Assembly: GCA_965243325.1 (NCBI GenBank) | Contig: CBDEUQ010000003.1 | Coordinates: 932,304-996,303 of the forward strand | Reading direction: 5' to 3' | Source: Alphaproteobacteria bacterium | GTDB taxonomy: Bacteria > Pseudomonadota > Alphaproteobacteria > UBA7887 | Length of the DNA stretch: 64,000 nucleotides | Shown here: piece after piece, positions 53,301 through 61,683 of the stretch | Layout of the letters: each line of letters starts with the position of its first letter | Position numbering within the stretch: the first letter of the stretch is position 1 | The notes under the pieces: generated by a model | Databases searched by the model: none | What the model was told of the DNA's origin: nothing | What the model saw: the letters and a program-made list of their open reading frames with translations, nothing else | Position numbers and translations under genes: made by a program

Positions 53301-53906
53301 GTCACCGCGCCGACCAACGTCCGGTCCATGATCGCCGCGCTGATACCCGGCACCGGCGCCGGCAACACACTCCCCGTGGTGTCGATGGAAGGAGGAGCCG
53401 CGGCGGACGCGGCGGTACTGCTCGCCAACTTCAACTCGATTCCGTTCGACTACGTCGCGCGCCAGAAGATTCAGGGCCAGCACCTCAACTGGTTCATCGT
53501 CGAACAGCTTCCCGTCGTCCCGCCCGACCGTTACCGCACCGTTCGTTTCGGCCCCAAGACCGCGGGCGAGATCGTTCGCGAGGCGGTGCTGGAACTGACA
53601 TTCACGGCGCACGACATGGCGCCGTTCGCGCGCGATCTGGGCCGCGTCGATGCGCGCGGCCGCGTTCCGCCGCCGTTCGTCTGGGACGAGGAGCGCCGTC
53701 TGGAGTTGCGCGCGAAGCTCGACGCGCTGTTCTTCCACCTCTACGGCGTGACCGGCCGCGACGACGTGCGCTACGTCTTCTCGACCTTCCCCATCGTAGA
53801 GAAGCGGGAGACGAAGGCGTGGGGCCGCTACCGCTCGCGCGACCTCTGCCTCGCCTGGATGAACGCCCTCGCCGCCGGCGAGCCCGATGCGAGGGTCGAG
53901 GGGTGA
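50319..53906 (+). CDS. gamma-class N6-adenine DNA methyltransferase with C-terminal target-recognition region (type IIG / Eco57I-MmeI-like RM enzyme, N-terminally truncated by the upstream stop)
   Basis: 1195 aa from ATG 50319. Motif I LRMCDPAMGSGHFLVGLVDW precedes motif IV DAVIGNPPWDRVKPEQ. The C-terminal region (NSIPFDYVARQKIQGQHLNWFIVEQLPVVPP) resembles the specificity domains of type IIG/IIL enzymes. Confidence 0.75.
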   Translation: MLRYLRRAGDLATGGPRWGILAHGRYWRLYFAGARSVAEQFFEIDLAALLGAGREGDLFALDDSERRHALKLFLLVFRRDAFLPGTADPRTFHRRAIDQGRFHEERVAASLSDTVFGRVFPILARALAAVAPEAPLTEVREAALVLLYRLLFLLYAEDRGLLPVREARYGEYALRERVRADVKRRKDAEIAFSSVATRYWSAVGDLCRAVGGGDAALGLPPYNGGLFDAARAPLLANVSLTDDTMADVVDALSFEAAPEGRRYINYRDLRVRQLGSIYERLLEYEFVREGGDIAVRPNVFARKSSGSYYTPDELVGLVLRETLGPPIEERVRAFREAAAGGADPAALAERDPAEAILRLRMCDPAMGSGHFLVGLVDWLSDRTIAAVAEAEALADGYRSPLVDRIAGIRETVLANAQAGGWTVDAARLDDRHVVRRMVLKRCVFGVDKNPMAVELAKVALWLHTFTVGAPLSFLDHHLRCGDSLFGAWVRGGIERAEAYGTPLLLHEPLARARGAADAMRTVEALTDAEIAEADRSAEIYGEVSERTAPLDALLSLVHALDWLAPRDEEAKTAVQAFFAGQLGDPVDIARGAAEIGSDEPEARRFAELLEEVRALFAEERFLNWQAAFPGVWTNPASAVREGGFDAVIGNPPWDRVKPEQVEWFAVRRREIAETPRAADRKRIVAALERAGDPLAHDWTAARTRTETAALVARKSGDYPLLSGGEVNLYALFVERAMALVKPSGTVGLLVPSGIASDKTAARFFRAVATEGRLKAFYDFENKRGLFPDVDSRFKFCVFVASPRRPWETAEYAFFLHDTGQIDDPERRFRLTAADFARVNPNTGTAPIFRTRRDAKLTAAIYGRLPVLVDRSSGEAARTWPVTYTRMFDMTDDSGLFRTRAELEENESAWPVAGNRFESPSGEWVPLYQGMMAQAYDHRAASIRVNPANLHRPAQPARATPAQHADPDWMPEPQYWVPRDRTAFPTAPWLLAFKDVTAPTNVRSMIAALIPGTGAGNTLPVVSMEGGAAADAAVLLANFNSIPFDYVARQKIQGQHLNWFIVEQLPVVPPDRYRTVRFGPKTAGEIVREAVLELTFTAHDMAPFARDLGRVDARGRVPPPFVWDEERRLELRAKLDALFFHLYGVTGRDDVRYVFSTFPIVEKRETKAWGRYRSRDLCLAWMNALAAGEPDARVEG

Positions 53907-54107
53907 GCGGACGGGGCGGAACGATCCCGCCGCGGACGTGTCAAGCACGACGGGTACGCGGGCATGCGGACTTTGCCGTGCGCGACGAATGGCGCTATCC
54001 GTACGGGCGACGATGATCGAGCGCTCGATGCCCGTCCGCACCTCCGTGTCTTCGTGCGCCGGCCCCGGAGTGCAACGCGGGCGCGGGCACGCCGGCGGGG
54101 CCGCGGG

Positions 54108-54371
54108 ATGACCGACGTGAGCGAAGCCGTTCTCGACGACATGGTGCGGGCCATCGTGGCCGAGGTGGATCCCGACGAAGTGATCCTGTTCGGCTCACGC
54201 GCGCGCGGCGAGGCGACCGCGGACTCGGACATCCACCTCGTGGTCGTGGAAGCGGCGCCGTTCGGCCCCAGACGAGACCGCCGCGCCGAGGCGGCGCGGG
54301 TGTGGCGCGCGCTGGCGGGCTTCGACGTTCCGACGGACGTTCTGGTCTACAGCCACGACGAAGTGGAGTAA
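54108..54371 (+). CDS. nucleotidyltransferase (MNT) antitoxin-like protein, interrupted by an in-frame TAA (reads through to 54443)
   Basis: ILFGSRARGEATADSDIHLVVV is the minimal nucleotidyltransferase motif. TAA at 54369-54371 is followed in frame by WRASRNHVLARALREGRVLYRRR, a typical MNT C-terminus. Confidence 0.6.
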   Translation: MTDVSEAVLDDMVRAIVAEVDPDEVILFGSRARGEATADSDIHLVVVEAAPFGPRRDRRAEAARVWRALAGFDVPTDVLVYSHDEVE

Positions 54372-54444
54372 TGGCGCGCCTCGCGGAACCACGTCCTGGC
54401 CCGCGCCTTGCGGGAAGGCCGGGTGCTCTATCGGCGACGATAAG

Positions 54445-54520
54445 CAGGCGGCCGCGCTGCTGGCGACGGCCGAAAGAGATTTCGCCGCCCTCGTTAAAAT
54501 GTTGACGGACGTGATGAATT
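54445..54520 (+). pseudogene. HEPN-domain toxin gene, N-terminal fragment (partner of the MNT)
   Basis: The +1 frame relative to the MNT reads QAAALLATAERDFAALVKMLTDV (a HEPN helix-1-like start), then degenerates at the insertion boundary. Confidence 0.4.
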
Positions 54521-54521
54521 C

Positions 54522-54535
54522 TAGGATGAGGTTTT
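54522..54535 (+). repeat. left imperfect direct repeat (TAGGATGAGGTTTT) at the boundary of the low-GC insertion
   Basis: Matches TAGGATTGTGAGGTATTT at 56346-56363 (14 identical positions with two small gaps). Confidence 0.3.
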
Positions 54536-54569
54536 GGCTTCCATACCCAACTAGAATCGCGTAGCGACG

Positions 54570-56348
54570 ATGCCAGAACTTCTACGATATCATCGAGTGG
54601 CATTCCGGCAATTTAAGGCGTTCAAATCATTCACGCTGCATCTGCGGCAATTCAACATCTTGGTCGGACCAAACAACGCTGGAAAATCGACGATCCTCGC
54701 TGCTTTTCGGATCCTCGCTGCAGGATTACGCAAAGCCAACACTCGGAAGCCTCAATTCGTCGATGGGCCCGAAGGCAAGGTGTTGGGTTATTCTGTGGAC
54801 CTCGCGGCGCTGTCAATCGCTGAAGAGAACATTTTCTTCAACTACGACGACACTAAACCTGCGTCTGTGACCTTTTCGCTGACGGGAAACAGGAAACTCA
54901 TGCTCTATTTCCCGGAAGAAGGGGTATGTTACATGATCGCTGACAATCCTGTCAGAGCGGTCAGATCGCCCAGACAATTCAAGTCGGCCTTCAACTGCCC
55001 CATCGGTTTCGTTCCAATTCTTGGCCCTGTCGAGCATAATGAGAGACTGTACGAAAGGGAGGCGGCACGCTTGGCCTTATTCAACTATCGAGCCGCGCGA
55101 AACTTTAGGAATATCTGGTATCATTATCCCGACGATTTCGACTCGTTTCGAGACATACTCCGCGAGACCTGGAGTGGCATGGACATCGAGAAACCCGAGC
55201 TGAATGCGTCCCATGAGAAGCCTGTACTCAACATGTTCTGTCCGGAAGACCGGAGAGCGAGGGAGATTTGTTGGGCGGGGTTTGGGTTCCAGGTCTGGTG
55301 TCAAATGCTCACGCATCTCGTCAAGTCGAAAGATTCATCGATTTTCTTAATCGATGAACCAGACATTTATCTCCATTCTGATTTGCAGCGACAATTGTTG
55401 AACATACTTGGAGAACTTGGTCCTGATATCCTCATTGCTACTCACTCGACCGAAATCGTTTCCGAGGCTGAGGCCGATCAGATCGTGCTGATTGACAAAC
55501 GCAAAAGGTCCGCAATACGCATCAAGGATCCGACTCAGTTGGCCGAAGTCTTCTCGAGCTTGGGTTCCAACCTAAACCCAATACTTACGCAATTGGCGAA
55601 GACACGTCACGTCGTGTTCGTGGAGGGTAAGGACTTTCAGGTATTCTCAAAGTACGCGCGCAAACTCAATCACAATGAGGTGAGCAATCGAGCAGGGTTT
55701 GCCGTGATTCCAATAGAGGGCTTTAATCCTGACCGTGCGCGAAGTTTGAAGAAAGGGATTGAACTGACGCTCGGCAGCAATGTCCGCGCGGCCGTGGTGT
55801 TGGATCGAGATTTTCGATCGAATGCGGAATGCGACGCCATCGAACGGCGTTGCCGTGAATTTTGCGACCTCGTAATTATCCATAGACGCAAGGAGGTGGA
55901 GAGCTTTCTGCTCGTCCCAGAGGCGATCGATCGTGCAGCCCGCAAACGGGTAAAGGAGCGCGCGCAGCGGAAAGCAATCGACTTAAAATATGTAGATGAA
56001 TGTGGGGAAATATTGGGAGCGTTTGCGGCGGAGAAGAAAAGTTATACTGCGTCGCAATTCATCGCATCGCGCCGACGGTATATTCGAGGGTCGACGTCGG
56101 GTGAGTCTGAGGAGACCACGAATCAGGTGGCTTTGGAGGCGTTCGAGGACGAGTGGGAGTGGGGCATTCATAGAAGACTTGAGTTGGTGCCAGCGAAGGC
56201 CGCTCTATCGGCAATCAATCAGCATTTGCAAGAACGGTATGGTGTTAGCGTGACGATGGCCGGAATAGTCAATGCTGCGCGTGTCGAGGAGGTACCGGCC
56301 GAAATGCGAGAACTGTTGGGAAAACTAACCGAGTTCGCGGCGACATAG
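54570..56348 (+). CDS. ABC-type AAA ATPase fused to a DUF4435/TOPRIM-like domain (PARIS AriA-AriB-like / OLD-family anti-phage protein)
   Basis: 592 aa. Walker A GPNNAGKST, Walker B/D-loop IFLIDEPDIYLHSDLQ, and H-loop IATHSTE. The C-terminal HVVFVEGKDFQVF...AAVVLDRDFRS is the DUF4435 signature. About 50% G+C by eye, against ~70% in the flanks. Confidence 0.85.
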   Translation: MPELLRYHRVAFRQFKAFKSFTLHLRQFNILVGPNNAGKSTILAAFRILAAGLRKANTRKPQFVDGPEGKVLGYSVDLAALSIAEENIFFNYDDTKPASVTFSLTGNRKLMLYFPEEGVCYMIADNPVRAVRSPRQFKSAFNCPIGFVPILGPVEHNERLYEREAARLALFNYRAARNFRNIWYHYPDDFDSFRDILRETWSGMDIEKPELNASHEKPVLNMFCPEDRRAREICWAGFGFQVWCQMLTHLVKSKDSSIFLIDEPDIYLHSDLQRQLLNILGELGPDILIATHSTEIVSEAEADQIVLIDKRKRSAIRIKDPTQLAEVFSSLGSNLNPILTQLAKTRHVVFVEGKDFQVFSKYARKLNHNEVSNRAGFAVIPIEGFNPDRARSLKKGIELTLGSNVRAAVVLDRDFRSNAECDAIERRCREFCDLVIIHRRKEVESFLLVPEAIDRAARKRVKERAQRKAIDLKYVDECGEILGAFAAEKKSYTASQFIASRRRYIRGSTSGESEETTNQVALEAFEDEWEWGIHRRLELVPAKAALSAINQHLQERYGVSVTMAGIVNAARVEEVPAEMRELLGKLTEFAAT

Positions 56349-56363
56349 GATTGTGAGGTATTT
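56346..56363 (+). repeat. right imperfect direct repeat (TAGGATTGTGAGGTATTT)
   Basis: See the left repeat at 54522-54535. This one begins with the stop codon of the ATPase gene. Confidence 0.3.
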
Positions 56364-56374
56364 CTATTGCACTG

Positions 56375-56563
56375 TTGCTAGCGTCGCTTGAGAAGGGCGG
56401 CGTCGATGTCGCGCGGTTCCGCCCTCTCGCGGAGTGTACGCCCTACGCCGTGCAATTCCGTTACGCTCCCAGCGATCCTGCGGCAACGCCGCTCGACCGT
56501 CCGGCCGCGGTTGCGGGCATCGAAGCATTGCTTTCGGAGATTCGGCGGCGCGCGCGCCGGTAG
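56375..56563 (+). pseudogene. HEPN-domain toxin gene, C-terminal fragment
   Basis: (L)LASLEKGGVDVARFRPLAECTPYAVQFRYAPSDPAATPLDRPAAVAGIEALLSEIRRRARR is a HEPN C-terminal half, resuming at host-like G+C immediately after the insertion. Confidence 0.45.
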
Positions 56564-56628
56564 GGCGTCACCCATCCAAGACGGGCTTCCGTGACGATCG
56601 ATTCGGCGGCGCGCGCGCCCGGCCCCGC

Positions 56629-56832
56629 CTACGGCTTCGGGCCGAAGACGCTGTCGGCGGCGTCGCGCAGGCGGCGCTTGCGTTCGATCTCGCCCCGGCA
56701 GCGCGCGATCTCGGCCTCGAGCGCGGCGATGTAGGTCTCCAGCGCCTCGAGCGACATCGGCCCGAGCTTGCGCGGGAACTCGCCGCCGTCGCGCGGCGGG
56801 CGGTTGGCGTCGTCGTCGTCGAACGCGGCCAT
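56629..56832 (-). CDS. DUF1192 domain-containing protein
   Basis: 67 aa (MAAFDDDDANRPPRDGGEFPRKLGPMSLEALETYIAALEAEIARCRGEIERKRRLRDAADSVFGPKP), a coiled-coil small protein conserved in Alphaproteobacteria. Confidence 0.7.
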   Translation of the reverse strand: MAAFDDDDANRPPRDGGEFPRKLGPMSLEALETYIAALEAEIARCRGEIERKRRLRDAADSVFGPKP

Positions 56833-56898
56833 CGCCCGCGAGGGTACGCCAACGGGCGCCGGTTGCAATGCGCGCGCGTGCGCGTATCGTCGCCGGCC

Positions 56899-57897
56899 AT
56901 GAGCGACCTGCCCGAGACCATGGCCGTCGTCGAGATCGCGTCGCCGGGCGGCCCCGAACGGCTGGTGCCGGCGCGCCGGCCGGTGCCGCGCCCCGGAGTG
57001 GGCGAGATCCTGATCGCGGTCGCCGCCGCCGGCGTCAACCGGCCCGACGTGATGCAGCGCCAGGGCCGCTATCCGCCGCCGCCGGGGGCCTCGGACCTGC
57101 CGGGCCTGGAGGTCGCCGGCCGGGTCGCCGCGTGCGGGCCGGGCGCGGCCGGACTGGCGCCGGGCGACGCGGTGTGCGCGCTCACCCCGGGCGGCGGTTA
57201 CGCCGAGTTCTGCCTGACGCCGGCACCGCAGGCGCTGCCGATCCCCGCCGGCCTCGACGCCACCGCCGCGGCGGCGCTGCCGGAAGCGCTGTTCACCGTG
57301 TGGCCCAACCTGTTCGAGCGCGCCCGCCTCGCCGCCGGCGAGACGGTGCTGATCCACGGCGGCTCGAGCGGCATCGGGACGTGCGCCATCCAGCTCGCGC
57401 ACGCCTTCGGCGCCCGGGTGTTCGCGACCGCGGGGAGCGCCGAAAAATGCCGCGCCTGCGAGGCGCTCGGCGCCGAGCGCGCCGTCGACTACCGCCGCGA
57501 GGACTTCGTCGCCGCGGTGAAGGCGGCCACCGGCGGCCGCGGCGTCGACGTCGTGCTCGACATCGTCGCCGGCGACTACACGCCGCGCAACCTCGACGTC
57601 CTCGCCGCCGACGGGCGGCTCGCCGTCATCGCCGTCATGGGCGGACGGGTGGGCGAGGTCGATTTCGCGCAGGTGCTGGGGAAGCGGCTGACGATCACCG
57701 GCAGCACGCTCAGGCCGCGCCCGGTGGAGACCAAGGCCGCCTTCGCCGAGGCGCTCCGCGAGCGCGTCTGGCCGCTGCTCGAGCGCGGCCGGGTGAAGCC
57801 CGTCATCGACCGCACGTTCCCGCTCGCCGAGGCGGCGGCGGCGCACGCGCTCATGGAGTCGAGCGCGCACATCGGCAAGATCGTCCTGACGACGTAG
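56899..57897 (+). CDS. NAD(P)H-quinone oxidoreductase (MDR/zinc-binding dehydrogenase family, PIG3-like)
   Basis: 332 aa from ATG 56899, with GGSSGIGTCAIQLA nucleotide-binding motif. Confidence 0.9.
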   Translation: MSDLPETMAVVEIASPGGPERLVPARRPVPRPGVGEILIAVAAAGVNRPDVMQRQGRYPPPPGASDLPGLEVAGRVAACGPGAAGLAPGDAVCALTPGGGYAEFCLTPAPQALPIPAGLDATAAAALPEALFTVWPNLFERARLAAGETVLIHGGSSGIGTCAIQLAHAFGARVFATAGSAEKCRACEALGAERAVDYRREDFVAAVKAATGGRGVDVVLDIVAGDYTPRNLDVLAADGRLAVIAVMGGRVGEVDFAQVLGKRLTITGSTLRPRPVETKAAFAEALRERVWPLLERGRVKPVIDRTFPLAEAAAAHALMESSAHIGKIVLTT

Positions 57898-57964
57898 CCG
57901 CGCGGGCTTTCGCGGCGGCGTCCGCGTACCTATATTCGCGCCGGGCAACGGACGGGGGTGCGCA

Positions 57965-58594
57965 ATGGCTCAGCCGTTGATGCCGAAGGCGACGGCGGTC
58001 TGGCTCGTCGAGAACACGACGCTGACGTTCGATCAGATCGCGGACTTCTGCGCCATGCACCGGCTCGAGGTGCAGGGGATCGCCGACGACGAGGTGGCGG
58101 TCGGGATCGTCGGCCTGGACCCGGTGACCAACGGCCAGGTGACGCGCGAGGACATCGCGCGCTGCGAGGCGGACCCGGCGGCGCGCCTGGAAGCGCTCGA
58201 GCCGAGCGTGCCGGACGCGCCGCGCCGCAAGGAGCCGCGCTACACGCCGGTGTCGAAGCGCAGCGACCGCCCGGACGCCATCGCCTGGCTGCTCAAGTAC
58301 GCACCCGAGCTCGCCGACTCGCAGATCTGCAAGCTCGTCGGCACGACGAAGCCGACCGTCACCGCGGTGCGCGGCCGCACGCACTGGAACATCAGCAACA
58401 TCCAGGCGCGGGACCCGGTGCTGATCGGCATCTGCACGCAGACCGACCTCGAGGAGCAGCGCGCGCGCGCCCGCCGGCGCGAGGAACGGCGGCGGGCCAA
58501 GGGCGGCGGCGCCGAAACCGCAGCCGCGGCCGCGACGAATGCGGCGCCGGACGCGGACGCGCCGCCGGTCGCCGGCGAGACGGACCCGGGATGA
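57965..58594 (+). CDS. DUF1013 domain-containing protein (TrcR-like cell-cycle transcriptional regulator)
   Basis: 209 aa with a conserved N-terminal domain (WLVENTTLTFDQIADFCAMHRLEVQGIAD) and a basic/acidic tail. Confidence 0.85.
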   Translation: MAQPLMPKATAVWLVENTTLTFDQIADFCAMHRLEVQGIADDEVAVGIVGLDPVTNGQVTREDIARCEADPAARLEALEPSVPDAPRRKEPRYTPVSKRSDRPDAIAWLLKYAPELADSQICKLVGTTKPTVTAVRGRTHWNISNIQARDPVLIGICTQTDLEEQRARARRREERRRAKGGGAETAAAAATNAAPDADAPPVAGETDPG

Positions 58595-58609
58595 GCGCCG
58601 CCTGAAGCC

Positions 58610-59188
58610 GTGGCCGATCCGCGGCTCATCGTCGGCATCAGCGGCGCCTCGGGCGCGATCTGGGGCATCCGCCTGCTGGAAATCCTGCGCGGCCTGCCGG
58701 TCGAAAGCCATCTCGTGATGAGCCGCACCGCCGAGATCGCGGTGGCGCACGAGACCGACCGCAAGATCGCCGAGGTGGCGGCGCTGGCCGACGCCCGCCA
58801 CGCTGTCGACGATCTCGCCGCGGCGCCGGCGAGCGGCTCGTTCCGCGCGCTCGGCATGGTCGTCGCGCCGTGCTCGGTGCGCTCGATGTCGGAGATCGCG
58901 ACGGGAACCTGCGGCAACCTGCTCACCCGCGCCGCCGACGTGGCGCTGAAGGAGCGGCGGCCGCTGGTGCTGATGGTGCGCGAAACGCCGCTGCACGCGA
59001 TCCACCTCGCGAACATGACGCGCCTCGCCGAACTCGGCGCCACGATCGCGCCGCCGGTGCCGGCGTTCTACGCGCGGCCCGCCTCGCTCGAGGCGATGAT
59101 CGACCACACGCTCGGCCGCGTGCTCGACCTGTTCGGCCTCGACGCCACCGGCGTGCACCGCTGGGGGGAGGCGCCGCGGCGGCGGTAG
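58610..59188 (+). CDS. ubiX: UbiX family flavin prenyltransferase
   Basis: (M)ADPRLIVGISGASGAIWGIRLLE...MVVAPCSVRSMSEIA. GTG start. Confidence 0.9.
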   Translation: MADPRLIVGISGASGAIWGIRLLEILRGLPVESHLVMSRTAEIAVAHETDRKIAEVAALADARHAVDDLAAAPASGSFRALGMVVAPCSVRSMSEIATGTCGNLLTRAADVALKERRPLVLMVRETPLHAIHLANMTRLAELGATIAPPVPAFYARPASLEAMIDHTLGRVLDLFGLDATGVHRWGEAPRRR

Positions 59189-59575
59189 CCCGCATTTCCG
59201 TCCTCGCGTCGAAGGGGGAGGCGCGGGAGACGGTCGACAGGCCGATCGGCGGTCGATCTGCGGACAAGAGCCGGAGCCAGCCCTCTCCCCGCGATGAAGC
59301 TATGCGCACGGTTGGAGCCGGCCGCGGGTCGGCGACGCAACACGCGCGGGGCGGCGGCGTCCAAGGTACGATGGAGTGGCTGGACGAGCGGCCATCGGAT
59401 GCCGCGCCTTATCGCTTGGTGAGGTTCCCATCAGACTGAGGCCCACCATTTGCGGCTATTTTAGGCGGAATCCGTCTGGTGCGGGCGCGGACATTTCGTT
59501 CAGGCGGCTGTGCCGGCAGACCATCACCGAATAAGTTGACAATTGCCTTCAGTGACAAGGAATTAGAGGGACGGG

Positions 59576-60307
59576 GTGACGGATTTCTCGGAATTCGCGC
59601 TATACGCGGACGAGAGCGGTGATCACGGGATTGTCGCCGTCGATCCGCAATACCCGGTGTTCGCGCTGGTCCTCTGTGTCGTGCGAAAGGCCGACTACGT
59701 CGCCGGCGTCATTCCCGCCTTTCAGCGTTTCAAATTCGGCATTTGGGGGCACGATGCGGTTGTCCTGCACGAACACGACATCCGCGAGAGCAAGGGGCCG
59801 TTCGCAATCTTGCTGACCGAATGGGGATTGCGCGGGCGGTTCCATAGCATTCTCAGGCGGCTGGTCGAAGCGGCGCCCACGACGATTTTCGCGGCCGTCA
59901 TCGACAAACGCGGCCTGCGCGCGAGATATGCCAGCGCCCGGAATCGCTACCAGCTGGCATTTCACTTTTGCATGGAGCAGCTGCACACCATGTTGAGCGA
60001 GGAGGGGCAGCATGGCAGGACGGCCCATGTCATCTTCGAGAGCCGCGGTAGGAAGGAAGACCGGGAGCTCGAATTGGAGTTTCGGCGGATCGCCGCCAAT
60101 GACAGCGGCTCCGGGCCCGGGCGGCACGACTTCGGCCTGTTCGATATTCAGCCGGTGTTCGTGCCGAAGGCGGCGAACTCCGTCCGCCTGCAACTCGTGG
60201 AGTTGACGGCGCGGCCGATCGCGCTGTCGCACCTGCGTCCGGACCAGCCCATCCGTGCATTCGAGATCGTCCGACCCAAGATCGGCGAATTGACTCAACT
60301 GCCGTGA
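59576..60307 (+). CDS. DUF3800 domain-containing protein
   Basis: 243 aa. (M)TDFSEFALYADESGDHG is the DUF3800 N-terminal motif. GTG start preceded by GAGGGACGGGG. G+C visibly lower than core genes. Confidence 0.8.
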   Translation: MTDFSEFALYADESGDHGIVAVDPQYPVFALVLCVVRKADYVAGVIPAFQRFKFGIWGHDAVVLHEHDIRESKGPFAILLTEWGLRGRFHSILRRLVEAAPTTIFAAVIDKRGLRARYASARNRYQLAFHFCMEQLHTMLSEEGQHGRTAHVIFESRGRKEDRELELEFRRIAANDSGSGPGRHDFGLFDIQPVFVPKAANSVRLQLVELTARPIALSHLRPDQPIRAFEIVRPKIGELTQLP

Positions 60308-60493
60308 ACACGCGAGGCCCCTGAAAACAAAGGGAATTATATCGAAAAGTGCCGAAGGCTACTGCCGTGCCGGCGGTGAGAATGTCCATGTCGGGGCGTG
60401 TAGGGGGGCGCAAAAAATTTGCGACAGAAGATCACGGACGTGCTAAGCCCCATATCTACCATCGTGTGGACAGAGCTTCACGGAGGGAGGCGA

Positions 60494-60684
60494 TGGCAGA
60501 CCGAGACCTGAAGGCCACCGACCCGGCCACTCACCAACCTACCGAGGCCGACATGGAAGAGGGCGTGAGCATCGACGCCTCGCCGGACGCTCTTGGGTGG
60601 GCTGTCACGCGAGGAGGTGCTGAGCGGAGCGAGCCCGCTGAACGGGGCGGCGACGGCACTGGACGTGGCATTGGCAAGTCCTGA
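60494..60684 (+). CDS. small acidic hypothetical protein (63 aa)
   Basis: An ATG with a strong RBS ACGGAGGGAGG lies inside ORF 60349..60684. The product is low-complexity, so confidence is low. Confidence 0.25.
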
Positions 60685-60713
60685 GGCAAACGGGCGAAAT
60701 GCAGCGGAGAAAC

Positions 60714-61268
60714 CTAGATTTGAAGAATTTCGTTCCCCTTTGGGAGCGTGAAATCGCAGACAGTGTGGGTGAGACCGAATTCGACCGCCTTCTCCGGAGT
60801 GATATGAACCTCCTTGAAGCGTCGGGCGGTGAGGACATCCCTAGGAATAGACGTGCGCTGGCGCAGGATGTTTTCGGTGCGCTGATCGTCCGCCAACGCC
60901 GCATCCAGTAGGGATTGGAGCGTTTCGGACCGCATATTGTTCTGCTGCGGCATTTCTGTCGGGTGCATCATAAATATTCCATGTTCTGAACAGCATCGCT
61001 CGCTAGCAGCCACATATACTGCTGTCGCGATTGATGCCACAGTGCCGGTATTGTGCATGGTGGTCTTTATTGGCAGCGATGTGATGTGATTGTACAGATA
61101 TATTCCATCAGCAACATAGCCGCCTGTTGAACTAAAGCAGAGATAGATTTCGTCATAACCATTGTTGACAGCGATGTTGAACGCTGAAGCTATTCTTGTC
61201 GCTGACCCGGGTTCGATGACCCCGGCGAACCCGTAATAGGCTGTTTTCTTCCCCGCAAGATCAGGCAT
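60714..61268 (-). CDS. ClpP/crotonase-fold serine peptidase (S14 ClpP-like, stand-alone)
   Basis: 184 aa. TGTVASIATAVYVAASERC aligns to the ClpP Ser nucleophile region (GxAaSma) and FMMHPTEM to the catalytic His region. ATG 61268 is preceded by AAGGA. About 48% G+C. Confidence 0.7.
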   Translation of the reverse strand: MPDLAGKKTAYYGFAGVIEPGSATRIASAFNIAVNNGYDEIYLCFSSTGGYVADGIYLYNHITSLPIKTTMHNTGTVASIATAVYVAASERCCSEHGIFMMHPTEMPQQNNMRSETLQSLLDAALADDQRTENILRQRTSIPRDVLTARRFKEVHITPEKAVEFGLTHTVCDFTLPKGNEILQI

Positions 61269-61683
61269 CAATGAAATCCTTATGGCGTCGCCTTATGCGA
61301 GCGGCGGTGCTGAGTTAGCCCCGCCGCCTGCTGGATGTTAGCACTTTTTCCCCAACTTCTTGGGGGTCGAGCGCGTGTGGACTTCACCGGCAAGTTCTTC
61401 GAGCTGGGCATCTTGCCGCGCCGTACTGGGCGGCACTTGGTGGAAGGCAAATCGCCTCCTTTCGCCATCGTGGCTTGAGGCCGCCGGACGCCGACGCTAG
61501 AATGCAGGTGCCATTTATGGTGCCGTCCCGTAGTGACCTCATCGGAGTGCGGGGCAGGGTGCAGTCTCTGGGGAGGCTGCACCCATTTCGTCTCAATCTA
61601 CAATGGATGGTTGTGAGGGGACGCGTCAATCTCAAGGCATCGCGGTCAGCATAAAAATCGTTAAATTTTCGCTGGTTAGCGCG

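Noticed and set aside
59189-59575. Possible tRNA or tmRNA island boundary after ubiX
   Set aside because: The spacer was read for cloverleaf-compatible stems and T-loop GTTCRANNC-type motifs on both strands; none were convincing.
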